From IMG/VR virus record IMGVR_UViG_3300037427_004270: a stretch of DNA of 64,000 bases; one strand, 5' to 3'. Within the stretch, counting starts at the first letter, position 1. The number at the start of each line of letters is the position of its first letter. The notes under the pieces are model-generated. The model saw nothing but the letters and a program-made list of their open reading frames with translations, was not told the DNA's origin and ran no database searches. Shown here piece after piece: positions 36,401-44,600 of this stretch. The position numbers and the translations under genes are program-made. The stretch is from a virus.

Positions 36401-37320
36401 TTGTGAAACTTGACACTTATCTTAGATGTTTTGTCTAAGCCGAGGTAAGTTGTCTCTGTATCTGAACCTAACCACTCTACAGCGGCAAAAATCCTCATAG
36501 GAGGAAGAAAAGTCTTATCAATGCTCTCGCCGTATAGGTTATGGTAGTTGCTGTGCTTGATGCTGACAGGAAAATATACAACCTGCTGGCCAATGACCCT
36601 TTCTAGGACTTCATCACCAACTTGCTTTGTTAAATCTCTCTCTTTTTTACCAGTGAACAGTGGTGGTGGAGGACTATCCTGAGTTGTATACTCGTTATGC
36701 TTCACCTGATCATCTTTGCAGATAGCTCCGTTAACATCTCCTGAGCTTTCAACTATATTTATCTCGTTAACCGGGTCGTATGCATCAGCAATCAGCCTCG
36801 GGTCTTCCTCTTCTGATGCCACATAGTCCTGCTTTGGAAATGTGCCGTCCCTAGCTCTTACGCATTTCGCAGCTATTTCAATTTTTTCGTCTACTTGCCC
36901 GAACAATAGCCTTGGCTGTTGAAGTGTGACTACTTCGTAGTATTGATCTCCATAATAGACATAATCCCCTTCGCGCACAAACAGGTTCTTGTCTTCGGTC
37001 AACCTTCTTTTTTGAAAATGTACTGTAATAGACGACTTTTTCTCTATTCCAAAAGAGTCTGTCGTTGTTTCTTCGCCGTTCCACTCTACATAAGCATCTA
37101 TTTTAACGGGCGGCAGAAAGTTTTTATCTATGGCTTCCCCATAGAGATCATGAAAGTTAGTGTGCTTAACACTGATGGGATAATATACTAAAGCGGATTT
37201 AACAACTCTTTCAGAAATTTCATCTGAAACTTGTTTTGCTAAGTCTTTTTCTTTCTTTCCCGTAAAAAGCGGAGGGGGCGGAGCTTTCGGACGGTTCCAG
37301 ACATTATCGTTATCTGACAT
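30478..37320 (-). CDS. 2280-aa fusion: two tandem gp14-like head-closure domains plus a long Ser/Thr/Gly-rich fibre
   Basis: PPPPLFTGKKE..LYGE.IDK.FLPP..RLTED.NLFVREGDY occurs twice, followed by SASAFYGDG repeats and a duplicated large C-terminal domain. Confidence 0.85.
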   Translation of the reverse strand: MSDNDNVWNRPKAPPPPLFTGKKEKDLAKQVSDEISERVVKSALVYYPISVKHTNFHDLYGEAIDKNFLPPVKIDAYVEWNGEETTTDSFGIEKKSSITVHFQKRRLTEDKNLFVREGDYVYYGDQYYEVVTLQQPRLLFGQVDEKIEIAAKCVRARDGTFPKQDYVASEEEDPRLIADAYDPVNEINIVESSGDVNGAICKDDQVKHNEYTTQDSPPPPLFTGKKERDLTKQVGDEVLERVIGQQVVYFPVSIKHSNYHNLYGESIDKTFLPPMRIFAAVEWLGSDTETTYLGLDKTSKISVKFHKKRLTEDQNLFVREGDYLLYGNILYEITILKSPRLLFGQVNNKYEIIAECIRARQGVFTLSKKKVPAGDEIDENSLTACENASFIQKVEGEKNTVKNLGSGEGAFAKKVGSELQFKSFKEGNNVTITSNANEITIASTTTLTGTIDNAHTASLAHTASLAHTASLAHTASYILGSNVTGAVALASTASYYAETDTLSTVAARGATTTATLSVGGISASANISASAFYGDGANITGVTAEWDGSHVGSASITGSLAVTANLSASGHISASAFVGDGSGITGVTAEWDGSHVGNATIQGSLSASLNISASAFYGSGANLTNITAGNIVGTVANATNAVNAQTASFATTAQLANSVSASNVVGTVASAFTASFITGSNVVGTVANAFTASFITGSKVFGTVANATNAINAQTASYVVTALTASYVLASNISGTVASAANATNAQTASFILTASYAKMAGLANSVSASNIDGTVASAFTASFVTGSNVVGPVALASTASYYVETDTLHTVVSRNPQTTGTLSVGGISASVNISASAFYGDGSNLTGVTAEWDGTHTGNATITGNVSGSAFYGDGSNLTGITASFATTAGLANSISASNVVGTVASAFTASYITGSNVAGAVALASTASYYAETDTLSTVVARGATTTGTLSVAGISASANISASAFYGDGSNLTGVTAEWDGSHTGNATITGNLSASVNISASAFYGDGSNLTGISTASTLDQVTDNGSVTTNNITIGNMISTSITGSLTKLRDGTAYLRAGSNISLVTGSSGQVTISAASGSAASGSGNIGTAEDGTYTDGLFTDFISTTPVGTAVDRFNEILKILAPSPAPDVSRINASTGAGVSSKLSFGSSNAISGYTNVSSIGSFSALNVTGTYESATSGDDFRRGTYNGASNIEGIVNFHVTADTYDNAVNNYPVDSFGNAEVGILELYVNGTLEHSINLTSSAIGSGNPGSGAGTHVNGDGSGFINVSVTASAEDRSQNAFSIFQHRTAKYRVHTADQRNGLNYAQVKHSGSWGSKTTNFVQWVNDNNSNALAASNARFANETGLGGKYLSGVQYFKSASANYIVEVSNAYRNVYTSQNISFTTTNCSISAQAFPELNFGAGEDETKVLKITGSATTSTQSLSGSIQSSVNVAHPLKSDLSNGGSASSTGILIYNPSGNSTALRERFKEETYRLFSGSYDSQSDVDSGTWNSQTHMTASGTHSDGLQLYSARLYSPLNTIQSGDFRDNSEGGPFGLAPAGNPNYSGESGTRTFFRYFRNSTGATKRDITLTIEGSGTTIVPAGTALNSGRIRAFIKIPGSTGFMDVAAAFTYDQTSAGSGAYVLAFDNSVDATNYVTFGTKGVGNGDDVVLKIEADTSWTGYVDDIVVAFGAGTGTAPTEAPALDDIDINDSGTDVKLSFGSSKGVTGYTNVSTNTGNSAVDLNGNFLDSGDIAGVFDGTTVIDGELNEDISANGTSYVANSFKNAATGSLKLEVNGAVVHTIDLASASVGSGNPGSGTDSELNANSSGFVSLSIYKPGLYSGNSLPDYTKIYRTGKYQVGAADQRNGWNYARVVHTGSGISQTITNYVEWVNDPDSNALSAAATNLTNFSGSVFYSLSGVRYFVDCSASFTYAASNVYKNVYYRSSDGISFPTTTNTTVSHIGTFGSGLASTGTTSGATKALPALATTANSQDQVLQITGTITFDPSASLVGAHATTAHTASVSSRVKHPLKSNLTTSTLSKHSFLVFSGSQSSDLNSTEHFDGEVYRLQSGSYATQNSVTNAGNAWSSTVSINDAGGNATYSNGMLIYNDKLMSPLTGGLSGDFRCANDGGALQAPTGNPNYSTLTAATREYYRYFRSNQVGDVSLATVTLRGDANLISKGGAFNTGSLGASKNFHLEVKIPGDSGWLDMARPASLSENIATDGSGGYNGGGADVDQTVDGSGTSYGINFRTATLEGTSGGNADYLLVRITAHKDWTGYLSRISFTYGS
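30549..30557 (-). promoter_or_regulatory. putative late promoter motif ACTATTTAT
   Basis: About 80 nt upstream of the 477-aa gene; a GCTATTTAT variant lies at 30507-30515. Confidence 0.5.
35893..35961. repeat. 18-bp coding tandem repeat (LAHTAS units)
   Basis: agaagcagtatg(a/g)gccaa x3 plus a partial fourth copy, in frame. Confidence 0.9.
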
Positions 37321-37329
37321 TCATCTCTC

Positions 37330-38592
37330 CTATCCCATAAGAATAACTAATGGAACCTTCTGGTGAATTCTATTTGCATTATCAACAAGATCTGCATCAC
37401 CTTCCATCAACTTGGCGTATGTTAGTTCGTCAAGAACAGTCTTGAGTTCATCTCTCAAGGTTGTTTGTTCTTCTCTTGCCTGAGTCGCTAACTGCTCTCC
37501 ATTGAGGGTTACTGAATCTCCCGGAATTGGAAGTGTTGCAAACTTGCTTCTTATGAGGCCCAAAGTCTCTTTACATAATGATAGAGCGAACCTTCTTATC
37601 CATTGCTTGCCGATAGCGTTTATATTATCATAAGGCAAGTTGCCAAAAGGAATTGTGTTTATATTGTTAATTCCGGCGACGCCAATAGATCTATCGGAGT
37701 CCTCTTGCCAAGAATCTGAAGGGATGGTAAACTCAAACCATATCTTATTATAGATGTTTGCTTCCGGAATAGGGAACAATCTTATCTTGTTGTTTCTTAA
37801 CTCGTAGGAGTAATGGCTGGTTCTTGTGTATAGACTGTCTTCATACGCCATTGCTTGTAGTTTATTTTGCCAAGGTGGTATAACCTCGTATGTAGAATCG
37901 TCTGCATATTGCCCATAAGTTGACATATTGCCAACCACGCCGAGGCCGCCATAGTAGCCATAAAAGCGCCACATGGTTTTTGGAGTCTTGTAAAAGACTT
38001 TCTTTACAAGTATCTTGTTCTTATTTGTTCCGGTTAAAGAGCCGCTAAAAGCTGGCATTGCGGAAACAATAGTTTGTAAATCATAGTCTTGTTTGCCTGT
38101 CTTAACATCTATTGAAGCGGAGTATGTAGTTTGGTTTCCGCCGACGCCAGCATCTTCGGAGATGCCATCTGCAACACGCCTTGCATAACTAAAATCAAAG
38201 GAAGGGTATTTTAACGAAACGTGCGAGCCGCTAAGGGACGAAGAGAGTTGACCGGACATTATATTGCCTTTGTGGTCAAAAGCTCCTGTGGTGTTCCCCA
38301 GGACGTCAGAGAGTATGTTTTTACTTTGATGTATGTTAACAAGGTAACTGTACTCTAAAACAGCCTCTTCGTAAGCCGCATATACTGTGTCTTCTTTTAT
38401 TTCTAAGTCGAGGACGTCTCCCCCAAGTTTTTTATAAACATAGTTAACTTGGGCAGAAGCTCCGGATAAAAACTCAGCGTTCCCTGAATATACGCCATAT
38501 GGCAAAGCAGCGTCAACGTTACCGATTGTTCCTGTGGCTGGCAGGGTTGATGCGTTAGTGGTGCTTTTTGGGTTTAAATTTGGTAAAGACAT
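37330..38592 (-). CDS. neck / head-tail adaptor protein (gp13-like)
   Basis: ATG at 38592 after SD GGAGG. KKLGGDVLDLEI, YEEAVLEYS, KQWIRRFALSLCKETLG.IRSKF...PG..VTLNG. Confidence 0.85.
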   Translation of the reverse strand: MSLPNLNPKSTTNASTLPATGTIGNVDAALPYGVYSGNAEFLSGASAQVNYVYKKLGGDVLDLEIKEDTVYAAYEEAVLEYSYLVNIHQSKNILSDVLGNTTGAFDHKGNIMSGQLSSSLSGSHVSLKYPSFDFSYARRVADGISEDAGVGGNQTTYSASIDVKTGKQDYDLQTIVSAMPAFSGSLTGTNKNKILVKKVFYKTPKTMWRFYGYYGGLGVVGNMSTYGQYADDSTYEVIPPWQNKLQAMAYEDSLYTRTSHYSYELRNNKIRLFPIPEANIYNKIWFEFTIPSDSWQEDSDRSIGVAGINNINTIPFGNLPYDNINAIGKQWIRRFALSLCKETLGLIRSKFATLPIPGDSVTLNGEQLATQAREEQTTLRDELKTVLDELTYAKLMEGDADLVDNANRIHQKVPLVILMG

Positions 38593-38619
38593 ACATGTTT
38601 CCTCCGAGTGTCCAACATT

Positions 38620-38628
38620 ATAAATAGT
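38620..38628 (-). promoter_or_regulatory. putative late promoter motif ACTATTTAT
   Basis: Between the capsid-gene terminator and the gp13 RBS. Confidence 0.6.
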
Positions 38629-38647
38629 AAGAAAACACCGTAAATTG

Positions 38648-38677
38648 AAAAAAGAAACGCCCTCACAGGGAGGGCGC
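38648..38677 (-). terminator. intrinsic terminator after the major capsid gene
   Basis: GCGCCCTC-CCTGT-GAGGGCGT followed by TTCTTTTTT. Confidence 0.85.
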
Positions 38678-38706
38678 ATCTATTAGTCATGTTTTAGGTT
38701 AGTATA

Positions 38707-40395
38707 TTAGCCCTGCATATCAGAGATAATAACCAAGCCGTACATGTCAGGACGTACCATTTTCTTAGCGTAACGAGTCATTACGCCTTTTCTTGGTACG
38801 AAGTCTTCAGGACCAAAAATGGTCGGTGTGACTTGCAATGGAACGTAAGGAGCATAAACATATCCACTTTCGAGGAAGCTGCTACCTTTACGGCCAACTA
38901 ATACAACGTTACGTGGGAAGTATGGGTCAACATAAACTTCCAACTTACCGCTCAAACTACCGACGTTAACTGCACCAGTGGTACCTTTGTCGTCGTCATG
39001 AGTAACCTTAGCTTTGAAGCCAGCGGTGAATTCAAGCAAGTTAGCTGCTTCTGGGGATACAACGATGAAGTTGGCTCCGCCGCGCAACGTTTTGCGGTGA
39101 ATCTGTGCTGAAACGTCATTGATGGTTTCGAGAAGAGTCTCGTACCATTCGCTAACAGTACCAGTGAAGTCTGCACCGAGCAAGGATTCGTTCGCGCTAG
39201 TGCTGATTTGCAAACCAGTTTCGCGGTTCAAGAACTTACCTGGGCGACGTGACCAGTAATAGGTTGATGCGGTTGCACCGTTGATCAAGTCATTCAAGAT
39301 TTCCTGATCGAGTTCAAGAGCAATGTGCTCGGAAAGAACGTTTGTTAATTCAACTTCAGCGTCTAAGTTGTGATAAGCGTTCAAGTCTTGTCCTAATTCA
39401 GGAGTCCACTTTGCTTTCAACTTCTTAGTAACTGCAGTAACAGCAATGCTATCAACGTTGATGTTGATCTCAGGGATGTTACCATCGTTCTCTAAGCCCC
39501 ATTCAGCTGCACCAACAACAGAACCGATAGCACGAGGGCCAGCGTTGAAGTTGTCAACCAAAGGATAGCTCAAAGTACCAGCAATGTTTGCTGCACCGAT
39601 GTTTGCGCTCATACCAGAGAACATGATGTCAAGGTTGTTGCCACTAAGCGTAGTCAAACGACGAACTTGGTTAGCACCAGACAAATGACCTGCAGTAGTA
39701 GGCGTAAACACGATTTGAGTCAAGTTTTCTAAGTTAATTTCATCTCTAAAGGATGTGATAGCGATTCTCAACTGCTGACACTTAGTAGTGCTAGCTGCAA
39801 CCAAGTCAGGGTCATGACGAATAGCTTTCAATGAAACTTCGTTCATGCTGCCTGGAGCAACAGAAGCAGACAACTGAGTACCCGTTCTGATTGCGTTCAA
39901 AGACTGCGAACCAGTAGGTGAACTGTAAGAGTTGTTCAAGTTGTAGAAACCACCAGATGCTTCAGTAAGAGCAGCATTGGCAAGACCACCAGTAATTTGC
40001 TGGCCGAGGGTTCCGCCGCCATAAACTGATTTATCAGCAACACCACCACCACGAGTCTTGTCTAACTTGAAATCCAAGAAGAAGATAAGACCAGATGGAA
40101 GGCTCATAGGCTGAACACTTACCAGTTCATTTGCGATTAAGTTACCGAATACACGACGAACGATAGGAAATGCAACGGATGCAAAACCTTCAACATCGGC
40201 ACCAGCCATGGATGAAGCTTCACGGAGAAGTTCTTTTGCTTGGTTTTCGAGCAAGCGGCTCATATAATTTTTTGATTGTGAGGAAGTAAGACCTTCGAGA
40301 AGACCAGTATTTTCCCACTTATTCAGTAATGCAGCGCCTTCACCAGAGAGGTCACGCTCTACAATACCTTCAGTTAATTTTTCAATAACAGACAT
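38707..40395 (-). CDS. major capsid protein (T4 gp23-like)
   Basis: LVSVQPMSLPSGLIFFLDF, KKLKAKWTPELGQDL.AYH.LDAEVEL, RGGANFIV, GYVYAPYVPL, F.PRKGVMTRYA. Confidence 0.97.
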   Translation of the reverse strand: MSVIEKLTEGIVERDLSGEGAALLNKWENTGLLEGLTSSQSKNYMSRLLENQAKELLREASSMAGADVEGFASVAFPIVRRVFGNLIANELVSVQPMSLPSGLIFFLDFKLDKTRGGGVADKSVYGGGTLGQQITGGLANAALTEASGGFYNLNNSYSSPTGSQSLNAIRTGTQLSASVAPGSMNEVSLKAIRHDPDLVAASTTKCQQLRIAITSFRDEINLENLTQIVFTPTTAGHLSGANQVRRLTTLSGNNLDIMFSGMSANIGAANIAGTLSYPLVDNFNAGPRAIGSVVGAAEWGLENDGNIPEININVDSIAVTAVTKKLKAKWTPELGQDLNAYHNLDAEVELTNVLSEHIALELDQEILNDLINGATASTYYWSRRPGKFLNRETGLQISTSANESLLGADFTGTVSEWYETLLETINDVSAQIHRKTLRGGANFIVVSPEAANLLEFTAGFKAKVTHDDDKGTTGAVNVGSLSGKLEVYVDPYFPRNVVLVGRKGSSFLESGYVYAPYVPLQVTPTIFGPEDFVPRKGVMTRYAKKMVRPDMYGLVIISDMQG

Positions 40396-40412
40396 AGTAT
40401 GTTACTCCTTGT

Positions 40413-41459
40413 TTATTTATTTTTTATTCCGGCTAATAATTTCCATCTATTAGCGACAGGATCAGTTTTAGTTTCTTGCGTTTTTCGAGACACTATTAAA
40501 GAACTCGGCTTGCTAACAACTTCGCTCAGTGATTCTGGGCCTTTAGAATTGGAGGCTCCCACTGCGCTTTGAAGTGTCTCAAAGACCATTTTTGCTTGTT
40601 CGGGTGTTTTTGTCTCTTCAATTGCACCAACTATTCTGTCCTTTTGTCGCTCATTCAAGGAGCTGACCTTCAAGACTTTGTTGGTATAAAGTAGCTTTGC
40701 GTTTTGCAAAGCAAGAGCATCGAAATGCTCACTCAAAGACTGGATAGTCTCTGTTAATTTGTTATTTTGACCTTCCAACTTCTCATTGGCCGTTTTGAGA
40801 GTTTCGTTGTTACGGTTCAAAATATCAAAAGCTTGTTGCAGGGTATCGACGTCTTCTTTCAAGTCTTCTTTAACTGTTGGCTTTGCAGCTTCTTCAGCGA
40901 CTTTTTCTTCGTCTTCTTCTCTTTCCTGCTGTAATTCTTTTGCCTTAGCTAATGGTTCTGTTTCTTCCATTGCAGGCATCTCATGTTGCTCTGTCTTATC
41001 TTCTGTGACTTCAACTTCTGGGCCTTCGCCCTCATTAAGAGCAGATAAAATAGTATTTATTAGGTCTTCTTCCAGTTCTTCGTCTTCATCTTCAATAGGA
41101 AGCTCAGGTGCCATATCTAGTTCTGGCTCTAACTCGGAAGGTTCTATCTCGCCATCCATATCGGCAGCTGCAGCAATTGCTGGTAGGGTTATTTCAATCT
41201 CTTCGTCTTCTTCTGGACATCCACACATCTCTTTGTCGGCCACTTCGCCGTCCAATGCTCCAACTGGAATGCTGTTTACAACATCTGAGGATGGGGAAGG
41301 ACTCACTGAATCCATAGGGTCTTGTTCGTTGAGCAATGAGTCTACGGCTTGTTTAACTTCATCTGAGTATTTTTCAACGATGGCAGTCTGAGCGTTCTTC
41401 ATTGCTGCTTCTTTAAGTGCCTTTGCGTCTACTATTGCTTCTTCTAAAAGGTTCGACAT
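40413..41459 (-). CDS. prohead core / scaffolding protein (gp22-like)
   Basis: Acidic coiled coil immediately upstream of the MCP gene; NAKLLYTNKVL, ends RWKLLAGI. Confidence 0.8.
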   Translation of the reverse strand: MSNLLEEAIVDAKALKEAAMKNAQTAIVEKYSDEVKQAVDSLLNEQDPMDSVSPSPSSDVVNSIPVGALDGEVADKEMCGCPEEDEEIEITLPAIAAAADMDGEIEPSELEPELDMAPELPIEDEDEELEEDLINTILSALNEGEGPEVEVTEDKTEQHEMPAMEETEPLAKAKELQQEREEDEEKVAEEAAKPTVKEDLKEDVDTLQQAFDILNRNNETLKTANEKLEGQNNKLTETIQSLSEHFDALALQNAKLLYTNKVLKVSSLNERQKDRIVGAIEETKTPEQAKMVFETLQSAVGASNSKGPESLSEVVSKPSSLIVSRKTQETKTDPVANRWKLLAGIKNK

Positions 41460-41506
41460 GTTTTAAACTCCATTAATAATGAAAAGGGATTACTCCCCTA
41501 CAAGTA

Positions 41507-41515
41507 ATAAATAGT
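41507..41515 (-). promoter_or_regulatory. putative late promoter motif ACTATTTAT
   Basis: Between a terminator and the scaffold RBS. Confidence 0.6.
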
Positions 41516-41545
41516 TGTTTATTGGTCAAAAGTCATTTTTCAGAA

Positions 41546-41576
41546 ATAAAAAAAGCCCGGCACATTGGCCGGGCTT
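41546..41576 (-). terminator. intrinsic terminator after the giant fibre gene
   Basis: AAGCCCGGC-CAATGT-GCCGGGCTT followed by TTTTT. Confidence 0.85.
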
Positions 41577-41609
41577 GGTAAAATAGTATATTATGCTACT
41601 ATTGGAGCA

Positions 41610-44600
41610 TTATAAGTCTGATGCAAATGGGGATGGATACCATTCACCATTCTCACAGAAGTACCATTTATTGACATTTCCAAATGTTTGTTGCGTAATC
41701 GCATCTGCACTTGCCCAGCTTGAGCCGGAGACAATATAGATCATCGAACCGTTGTATGCACCTGGAGCTGCTGCCATTGTGTCCAAAACATTAACATCAG
41801 AAGCGTTGTCCTGACGGAAGTGTGTAAGACTCAAAAGACCAGTAACCGTAGTAACATCAGTTCTAGCATTACCAAGAGCTGAGTCACCCTGGACAGTCAA
41901 TGTGCTTATCGTTGAGCCACTTGCATAAATGTGTGATGCTGACAAAGGAGCTGAAGTAAAACTTACATTTCCTGTTGCGCCACCCAAAGATGCACTTGTT
42001 GTGAGGCCGAACTGAAAGCGGTCTGCTGACTCGTCCCAGATAAACAATGCGTCAACTGCTGTGCCTCTCTTCATGACAAGGCCAGTATCGTTGACGTTGG
42101 TCGCGCCATTGTCTGTATCACCACTACCACTGTTCAGCATAATCAAGTTATCGTAGAACGTTGTATTGGATGATGAGACATAAGTAACAGAGCCCTGTAC
42201 AGTCAAGTTTCCACCAACAGTCAAGCCAGTGTTCAAAGACAAGGAGTCATCTGAAGCATTGTGCGTGATAGTTGTTGGGGAACCAGCACCGAAGCTAAGA
42301 ACTGCGCCGTCACTTAACAATTTAAGGTCGTCACCAATAACAGCGTCTAATGCAACAGACAAACCGCCGTCGGTCTGCAAAGAGCCGTCAGTTGTTGAAG
42401 TTGCGTTAGTTGTATCATCAGTCTTTAATACGCCAGAGAAAGTACCAGTAGTACCTGCAACTGTTGTAAACGTACCTGCCGCTGCAGAAGCTGCACCGAT
42501 AACAGTGCCGTCAATCGCACCAGAGTCAATGTCAACGTTAGTTGAATTGTAGTTGGCATGATCAACGTTTGAGCCCAACGTTCCAAGATTGGAAGTCGTT
42601 GCAGTCAAGGTTGTGACAGTTGCCGCTGCAGCACTTGCTGCACCGATGGTAGTACCGTCGATTGCGCCACCGTTGATGTCAACAGTAGTCAAAGTAGACG
42701 TGCCAGTTGCAGTGATCGCATCAATGTAACCGTGGTCAATATGAGCTTCGGCCCACTGCTTTGCAGATGTACCCAAGTCGCTTGTGCTATCCAAAATAGG
42801 AATCAAGTCACTATCAAACTGACCAGTTACAGTAACGCTGTCTGTGGTAGCGTTACCTAAGTCAACGTCACCAGTTGCAGACAATGTTGTTGCAGTCAAA
42901 GCTTGAACAGCAGTTGTACCAGCGGAGACACTTAGGCCACCTTTGGTCACTGCCAAAGCATTGTTTGCAGTCAACGTGCTCTCAACGTGCATCGTGCCGC
43001 CGACTGACGCATTGCCAGAACCAGAGACAGTGCCCATAACAGTTAAGTTATTACCCAGGCTTGTTGCACCAGCAATTTGCAGTGTGCTAGAACCAGAGAT
43101 GGTTGTAAACTTTGCAGTTGTTGCAGAGTTTGCACCGATAGCAGTACCGTCGATAGCACCACCGTTGATGTCAACAGTAGTCAAAGTAGACGTGCCAGTT
43201 GCAGTGATCGCATCAATGTAACCGTGGTCAATATGAGCTTCGGCCCACTGCTTTGCAGTTGTACCTAAGTCTCTCGCACTGTCAGTTGATGGAATCAAAT
43301 CACTATCAAATTGTCCTGTTGCGGTGATGGTGTCCGTGGTTGCGTTACCTAAGTCAACGTCACCAGTTGCAGACAAGGTTGTTACAGTTGCTGCTGCTGC
43401 AGAGTTTGCACCAATAACAGCTCCATCAATAGCACCGGAGTCAATGTTGACGTTAGTCATTGCTTCATCAGAGAAGTTAACAGCACCAGCCTGCTCGTAA
43501 GCACCGAGCTTAGTAACAGTCAAAGTATTATTAACTTGATCAAAAGTAATACCACTATCGTAGTAAAGGTTTGCAGATGAAGCTGCAGAGGCAGAAACCA
43601 ATGCGAACGTCAATGTATCACCCGCCTCAACGCCGTCAGTTTGAGCAACACTCGCACCTACGCCTGTCAAGTTGGAGCCGTCACCATGAAAGGTTTTGGC
43701 ATGCATTGCGGAAGCAGACAGTGGAGCTGAGTCAAAAGCTAAGTTTCCAGTCTGAGTTCCTAACGAGCCCGACTTTAATGTTGCAATTTGGAAACGGTCT
43801 GCTGACTCGTCCCAGAACATTGCTGCATCAGTTGCCGCGCCGCGCTTCATGATGAGGCCAATATCATTGATGTTGGTCGCACCATTATCTGCATCACTAC
43901 TGCCACTGTTCAAGACAATCAAGCTGTCATTAAGAACAGTGTTGGAAGAAGACACATAAGTTACAGAGCCTTGCACAGTTAAGCTTCCGCCAACAGTCAA
44001 GCCAGTGTTCAAAGACAAGGAGTCATCTGAAGCATTGTGCGTGATAGTTGTTGGGGAACCAGTACCGAAACTAAGAACTGCACCGTCACTTAACAACTTG
44101 AGGTCGTCACCAATAACAGCGTCTAGCGCAACAGACAAACCACCGTCGGTCTGCAAAGAGCCGTCAGTTGTTGAAGTTGCATTAGTTGTGTCGTCAGTCT
44201 TCAAGATACCAGAGAAAGTACCTGTAGTACCTGCAACTGTTGTAAACGTACCTGCTGCTGCACTTGCTGCACCGATGATAGTACCGTCGATAGCGCCAGA
44301 GTCAATGTCAACGTTAGTTGAATTGTAGTTAGCGTGATCAACGTTTGAGCCCAACGTTCCAAGATTGGAAGTCGTTGCAGTCAAGGTTGTGACAGTTGCC
44401 GCTGCTGCAGAAGCTGCACCGATGGTAGTACCGTCGATAGCACCACCGTTGATGTCAACAGTAGTCAACGTGGACGTGCCAGTTGCTGTGATGTCATCAA
44501 TGTAACCATGATCAACATGAGCTTCTGCCCATTGCTTGGCAGATGTACCCAAGTCTCTTGCACTGTCGGTTGATGGGATCAAGTCGCTATCAAACTGACC

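Noticed and set aside
38593-38679. N-terminal extension of gp13 given by the ORF track
   Set aside because: It crosses the MCP terminator and the late motif; ATG 38592 has the SD.
40786-41391. 201-aa Ser-rich plus-strand ORF
   Set aside because: It is the antisense of the Glu-rich scaffold (GAA read as TTC/TCT); no independent signals.
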